A stretch of 64,000 nt of DNA from Trichoplax adhaerens (taxonomy: Eukaryota; Animalia; Placozoa). The DNA is taken from assembly GCF_000150275.1 (NCBI RefSeq), contig NW_002060949.1:333861-397860 (forward strand), given 5' to 3'. Position numbers and translations under genes: made by a program. This document shows positions 58,201-64,000 of the stretch, piece after piece (within the stretch, counting starts at the first letter, position 1; each line of letters opens with the position of its first letter). The notes under the pieces are model-generated. The model did no database searches, had not been told where the DNA came from, and worked only from the letters and a program-made list of their open reading frames with translations.

Positions 58201-61200
58201 AAATCGCAGATCATGACTTGGCTTATATCTTATAAGATACTTTACGGGCAGGACAGGATCAGACACAGGTTTAATCCAAACAATTTGAGATGAGTTTGAA
58301 GTTGTTATTGCTCTAATAATCTTGGGTTTACTTGGCTTATCTGGAAAACATTTGCGATTATATTTGTATACAATCAACTAATGAGAACAACAATTTACTA
58401 CTTAACGAACGTTTACAAAAATTAGATATTAGTTTAGCCTAACCTTTCGTTTTGATTAAAACTATCTTACTGTTGTTACTCTCACCAAAGTCATTTACGG
58501 CAGTAACCCATATATAATAGATCGATCTTGGATAGAGATCTTTAATGATGCAATTATTAATCAAACATAATACTTTTCTGGTAAGCCATTCTGTATTATT
58601 ATTTTTAAGTTGATAATAGACTAGAAAATGGAATGATTTAGTTATTCCTTGATATCCAGGAAGAAAAGTGACCAGGCAACTCCTATTTGTAACATCATTC
58701 ACGGTTATATCGCTAACTGTTTCCGGGGGAGCTTCAGCATTTTAAAGGAAAAAAATATCAAAATTATAAACATTGAAGTCATGGTATTTTTCATTTACGC
58801 AGTTAGCACAAAATCTTGTTAAATGTGTCCTATGTTAAGTAAATCATGAAGTATTAACAAAAATGTGATGCGTAAGAACCTGCGATGATGATTGTTATAT
58901 TCTTTCGAAGTTTGCCATGCTTGTTTACCGCTAGACAAAAATAAGTACCAGTATTTTGCAAACGTAGCTTTGTCAATACCAATCCGTGAGGACTTTTACC
59001 AGCTGATATTATTTTCGGCTTTTCTCTTGAGTTACGATACATTAAGTAAACTTCTGGACTAGGCATACCATTCGCGTTACAAGATAAACTAAAATTACTG
59101 TACCGCTGTATTATATAAGGACTATGGCCATTAGGAATCATTCGCATAGAATTTGGTGCACCTTCATTAAAAGCGTATCGTTATGCTACATTATTATCCA
59201 ATTGAAATATTTGCTACTTGTGATATTTTACGATACCTTCTACTTGTATCCAGAACTTCTTAACATAACGCGTATTATTATATATCCGTAGAGTAACAGA
59301 AAATTCGTAGCTTCCAGTAAATTCGAATGTTGCCGATGGGAATGACAGAACGTCGATTCCACTACCTTGTTCAGATGTACGACAAATACTCTGGATTGGA
59401 TCGGCTATTTCACTGGTATGCTTGAAATCAGTGGTACAGTTATAAGCCACTCTTTTGCCATTGTAGTACCAGTCCGAGGTCGTAGCGAATCTTTCTATAT
59501 AAGTCAGATTTGCAGTAACATTTGTGAGCTGCCCTGCAAGTACTGTTTGATTTATTGGATAAACTGTAATATCATCCACCGAGTATAGTTCTAAACGCAA
59601 AATAAATAAGAAATTCATTGATATTATGCGATAATATGCTGTGGTCAGGGACTGATACTCTTGTAGTGGTATTATCGTACAAAATGATTTATTGCAAGGT
59701 GACTCTTCAGCTATGCCGCTCGTCAGTAGTAGTCTTAAGGAATTCACAATACTTCCAATATAATAACCAGAAGTAGCTACGTATACCGTAAACAAACCTG
59801 AATCACAAAAGATGCCAGTATATCCAACATCATCACAAACGCACTTAAAGTCTGGTACAATGTTTTTACATACGCCGTGGATGCATGGGCTACTTGAGCA
59901 TGGATTTATTGCTAATATACAACCATTGATTTACATAGGAAAATTTCAAATTACATTATAATAATATATATTTATCTTTTGGAGAATAATGATAGCCCAA
60001 CAAGTAATTTAATAGTCTGTTATCTAATAATCACCTATTTCACATAAAGTACCCGTTCTTGTTATGGGACAATTACAAGTCACATTGTTAAATTTTCCTG
60101 GAATACAAGTGGCTGTGGAGTGACATGGAGAACTAACGCAAGGATCGGCTATCGTGTTGAAAAAATACGTAGTAAAATCAAAGAAAGTTATTTAGTTAGA
60201 TACAGGAAGTGAATCTCCGAACGTTTGAGTGTCTCTAGTACTGATACGTGATGTCAACTACCGTATTATATGGTTTTGTGATAAGAACATGAGAAAATAT
60301 GCACGAAAGAAACACATCAGAATATAGTAGTAGATATTCGCAATTACAGAACATTGAAGCCTTAAGATTTAGCTTGCATATGAACATTATCTTGTCGCTC
60401 GTAACCAAACTGCAATCATTAGCTTAAAATAATTTATCGCCATTTTGCAAAAACCGTAAATCAGAGTAATTACCTAGTTCACATATATCTCCAAAATAAC
60501 CTTTTTCACATTCACAAGTATAAGGACGCTGTACATTAGTTTCTTTGGTACTGCAGATCCCTCTTTGAAGACAACTGCCTGAATTGCAGTGTAGTATATC
60601 TAACAGTAGATTTTTATTAATTTTAAAGTACCCTGAAATAAGGAACCTTCGATTGCAATTTTATGTTAAATATAAGGAACAAAAATTAAATTTAAAATTA
60701 TAGCTTAAAAGCTAATGATATAGGATGAGTCACCGGATTTTTAAGCGCTTACAAGGCATTTTGTATTTTTTATTAGAGAAAAACACTCAAATACTTTCGC
60801 AAAAAGATCATTTATATAGGGCATAAATAAAGCTGAAATACTGTAATGATAATGTATTCTATTAATGCCAGATACATCATAGAGGTTATTACCAGTATCA
60901 GCTCGAATACAAGTGTCTGAATTTAAAATATTTTCTTAGTATAACTCCCGAAAATGGACTTTCTTACCGATATCGCATGTCAATCCCGTCCAATTTGGTG
61001 GGCAAATACATAAAAATTCAGACGCATTGTTTGTATTAATACAAGTAGCATTAGTATGAGCGCAAGGTCTCGAATCACAACTTGTTGATTCACCTATTTT
61101 GAAAAAAATACATGAGATGGTTACTGATACTCATAGTTATGTCTCGTTCGTTTCTCTTTATCAGCTGCTAAAAATATCTATATAATATACTTAGCGTAAC

Positions 61201-61493
61201 GCAAACACATATGTACTGCATATACAGAGTTTTTATTGTATAATGCAGATTAAGTAACCATGAAAGTTATCTTGATAATTACAACTTTACGACAGATAAT
61301 AATCATGGTAATAACTTGATACTATACGAAGAATTATAATACATATTACGACATTAGTTCTCATAATAAGCTTGGTGATCATAAATTTCAATAATTTGTA
61401 GATCTTACAAATATAGATAATTTACTCACATTTCATGAATATTGCGAACGTAGCAATGATGATACAAAAGAAGCTGCTATTTGCTGTAAACAT
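55275..61493 (-). CDS. Single-pass receptor: signal peptide, 4 EGF, 2 Ig, 4 FN3, Ser/Thr stalk, TM, long low-complexity non-catalytic cytoplasmic tail
   Basis: Signal exon 61493-61430 (MFTANSSFFCIIIATFAIFMK). EGF exons at about 61094, 60599, 60148 and 59911 (e.g. CDSRPC..ATC..FLCICPPNWTGLTC). Ig exons at about 59590-59237 and 59162-58880. FN3 ORFs at 58439, 57985, 57547 and 57081. TM exon 57012-56791. Tail exons 56620-55776 and about 55685-55275. Confidence 0.88.
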
Positions 61494-64000
61494 TACACTT
61501 GACTTCGTGAGAATGTTCATTGCATTAGAGTTATCACCGAATGCTTCTTATTTGATTAAATATTAATTAGTCCACCGTTTAAATCAGTTCTTTTGTAAGA
61601 GACTCTGTATCTCTCGTTTGTTAGATTAGTTTGATGGCAGGAAGTTATATTAGCATGTGATTATGGTTGTCTCTAAAATTGCATTAGAAGAGTACATAAA
61701 TGAAGGCATGAATTTGCGTATTACTGTCAATAGTAAACAACAATAATCCATCACGTGGCAACTTTTGTCTAAATAAACATACTCGAAGTACAAACGATTT
61801 ATGTTATTAAAATCCGATCTTAAGTTAATTGTGCGCTTGAATGTTTATTACCAACATTTTATCACTATCAGTGCTGGTCAAATTTTTAGCTATTCGATAG
61901 ATAGGATATTTACAACTACATACAGTTGCCTACTACTTGAGGAAATTTTTCTCAAACCATGCTTGCAGTGACTTCAGTGAATCATCTCACGTTAGAGTTT
62001 TCCTCAGTTTTAATAACTCTAATTTCGAGTTAGTGAATTGCGAACCAAAGGGATAATTTTACTCATTCAAGATAATAGTATAATTTAAAGTAATGTGTAG
62101 ATTTAGCATATGGTATTAAGAATATTCTTTAGCTTATTTCAGTTGGTTTGGTCTAATATCGCGGCTCTTAACTAAAGCTATGTACACAAAAACTTTTTAT
62201 ATAACATAGATCCCAAATATTCGTATGATATTAATGTATAGTTAACAGTGCAAGTACATGTAGAATGTGTACAGTGCTCAAAGTACCGTATAAAGAAAGT
62301 TTGTTCTACTAAGTTCAACTAACGACATCTAATTCATACTACATCAAAGATTATAATCCAATAAATGTTTTCTAAAATCGCCCGTCTGTTATACATATCG
62401 TTGCAACTTAGAACGAAAATATTCATTTAGTAAATTTATGGGCTAAGCAAGATAATTTAAAATTCGGTAATATGATAAATTGTTCATTAGCAACTATAAA
62501 TCACTTTGCGTTATGCTCGCTGATATCAGAATCAATAACTACGTTAAATTAAAATAAAACTGGCCAAAATCCATAGATTAATTATAATCGCAGAATTATT
62601 CTTTGCAACATAATGGTTAGGTAAATAGCCAATTTCGTAAACTTACGGTAACAGATTTGCACAATTACCCGGAATTACAATAAGGGAAAATTAACGATAT
62701 GCCACTATATTACAATAATTATAAGTGTGTATGGAGTGAACTGGTGTCTGCAAATAACTAGTAGCTATTTACTATATGCCTATGTATTAGTAAGTGATAC
62801 GATAATAGTATCTCGAAATGTATGAGATAAATCAGAATTATGAATTTGTCTGAGCAAGAAAATGACCATTGTCTAAAACTAGTTCTATATTAGAAACTGA
62901 AGCAATACTTGCCATTCATTACATCGTGTATGTTCGTATACGCGCATATTGCGGAACTGTGACTCTTATGAAGTCATACTGTTTACTTATATGCAATCAT
63001 CGCTGGATTACGAGTGCATTTGTTCCGTAGCATATGTATAATATATACGCGTATACTATGTATACAGAGATTGAGAAGTGAAATAAGTGAGTGGCTGTAA
63101 ATTATTGTAGAATATAGTATAGCTGTTAGCAAACAAGTATGTGAAATACCAGGAGCGGAAAGGTTATAGTATTCAAATCTTGTTAATTTTACGTAAACGT
63201 ACTATTACTGTACTCATAAGTATAGCGCTTTCATGGAGCTGTCCATACAATGCCCGTAGCTTGATTAAGGTAAACTGGTTGGCTTTACTGGAGTCAGTAC
63301 CGTCAGCGAAGTGATGGGTATTTGAGCTAGTATCGTACATCTAATTGCTACAAGTCAAATGGTAGCTTAATGCCTTAATTGAAACTGATGTTGTAAGTCA
63401 AGTACTCGTACGTGTTAAATATATATTTAATTAATGCCTGTCATGAACTATAGCAGTGACCACAGTACGAGAGTTATAATTATTACTGAATCGTAAGGGC
63501 AGACGAAATAAATTAAACTCTATTTACTGATTGCATCATTATCGAAAAAGATTTGTTAATAAAGGTAATACACAAATTATGGTCTTTGATTCGTATGCCT
63601 GAATACAGAGCGAGTTCAGCTCTTCTATTAAAACTTATAATCACTTTCTATTGCAGTTCAGATATACGAATTATATTTAATAGCATTAGAATCAAATCAA
63701 AGCTATCTACTGATGTTAACTACAATCAAATCTATATTAGGAAGAGATTATATAATAATAAAATTATCGACTAGAAAGTAATGCTAATATTAATTAATTG
63801 ATATTTACAGTAGCAACTTAGTCTAGGGGTACATATAGATGATCGTGCAGTTTTCTGATGAAAAATTTACAATCACTTGATAAATTTCTTAATATCAGAT
63901 TTACTTTTGTAAATAGATGATTGCGAGTATACAATACTGTATACGTTACAGCTTCAAACAAATATAGGCCTAGATGCATAAACAATACAGCAAACTTGCT

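Noticed and set aside
61500-64000. Upstream region with short ORF 63553-63774
   Set aside because: No recognisable coding, RNA-gene or transposon signal.

Overview
Eukaryotic, very AT-rich genomic DNA with many short GT-AG introns. The composition and compact intron-rich genes suggest an early-branching animal such as a placozoan (Trichoplax-like); this is an inference, not something the sequence proves. Six protein-coding genes can be rebuilt by hand. (1) The 3' part of a large receptor protein tyrosine phosphatase on + (<1-14470): at least 21 FN3 repeats, a furin site, a TM helix, an active D1 and a dead D2 domain, plus a near-identical 1.17 kb internal duplication. (2) An Ig-FN3x3-TM receptor on - (18824 to about 28664). 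(3) IFT74 on - (33173-39662), which appears to need a 5-nt microexon and has a perfect RFX X-box upstream. (4) GCDH on + (41064-44920), head-to-head with IFT74 across a dense palindromic TACAGTA/TACTGTA array and containing one GC-AG intron. (5) A second Ig-FN3x3-TM receptor on + (46947-53711), which looks like a paralogue of gene 2. (6) An EGF4-Ig2-FN3x4-TM non-catalytic receptor on - (55275-61493). The most interesting signal is the gene 2/gene 5 pair: their ectodomains resemble gp130/class I cytokine receptor D1-D4 without a canonical WSxWS, and their kinase-free tails carry tyrosine motifs. Exon boundaries were read by eye and may be off by a few bases.
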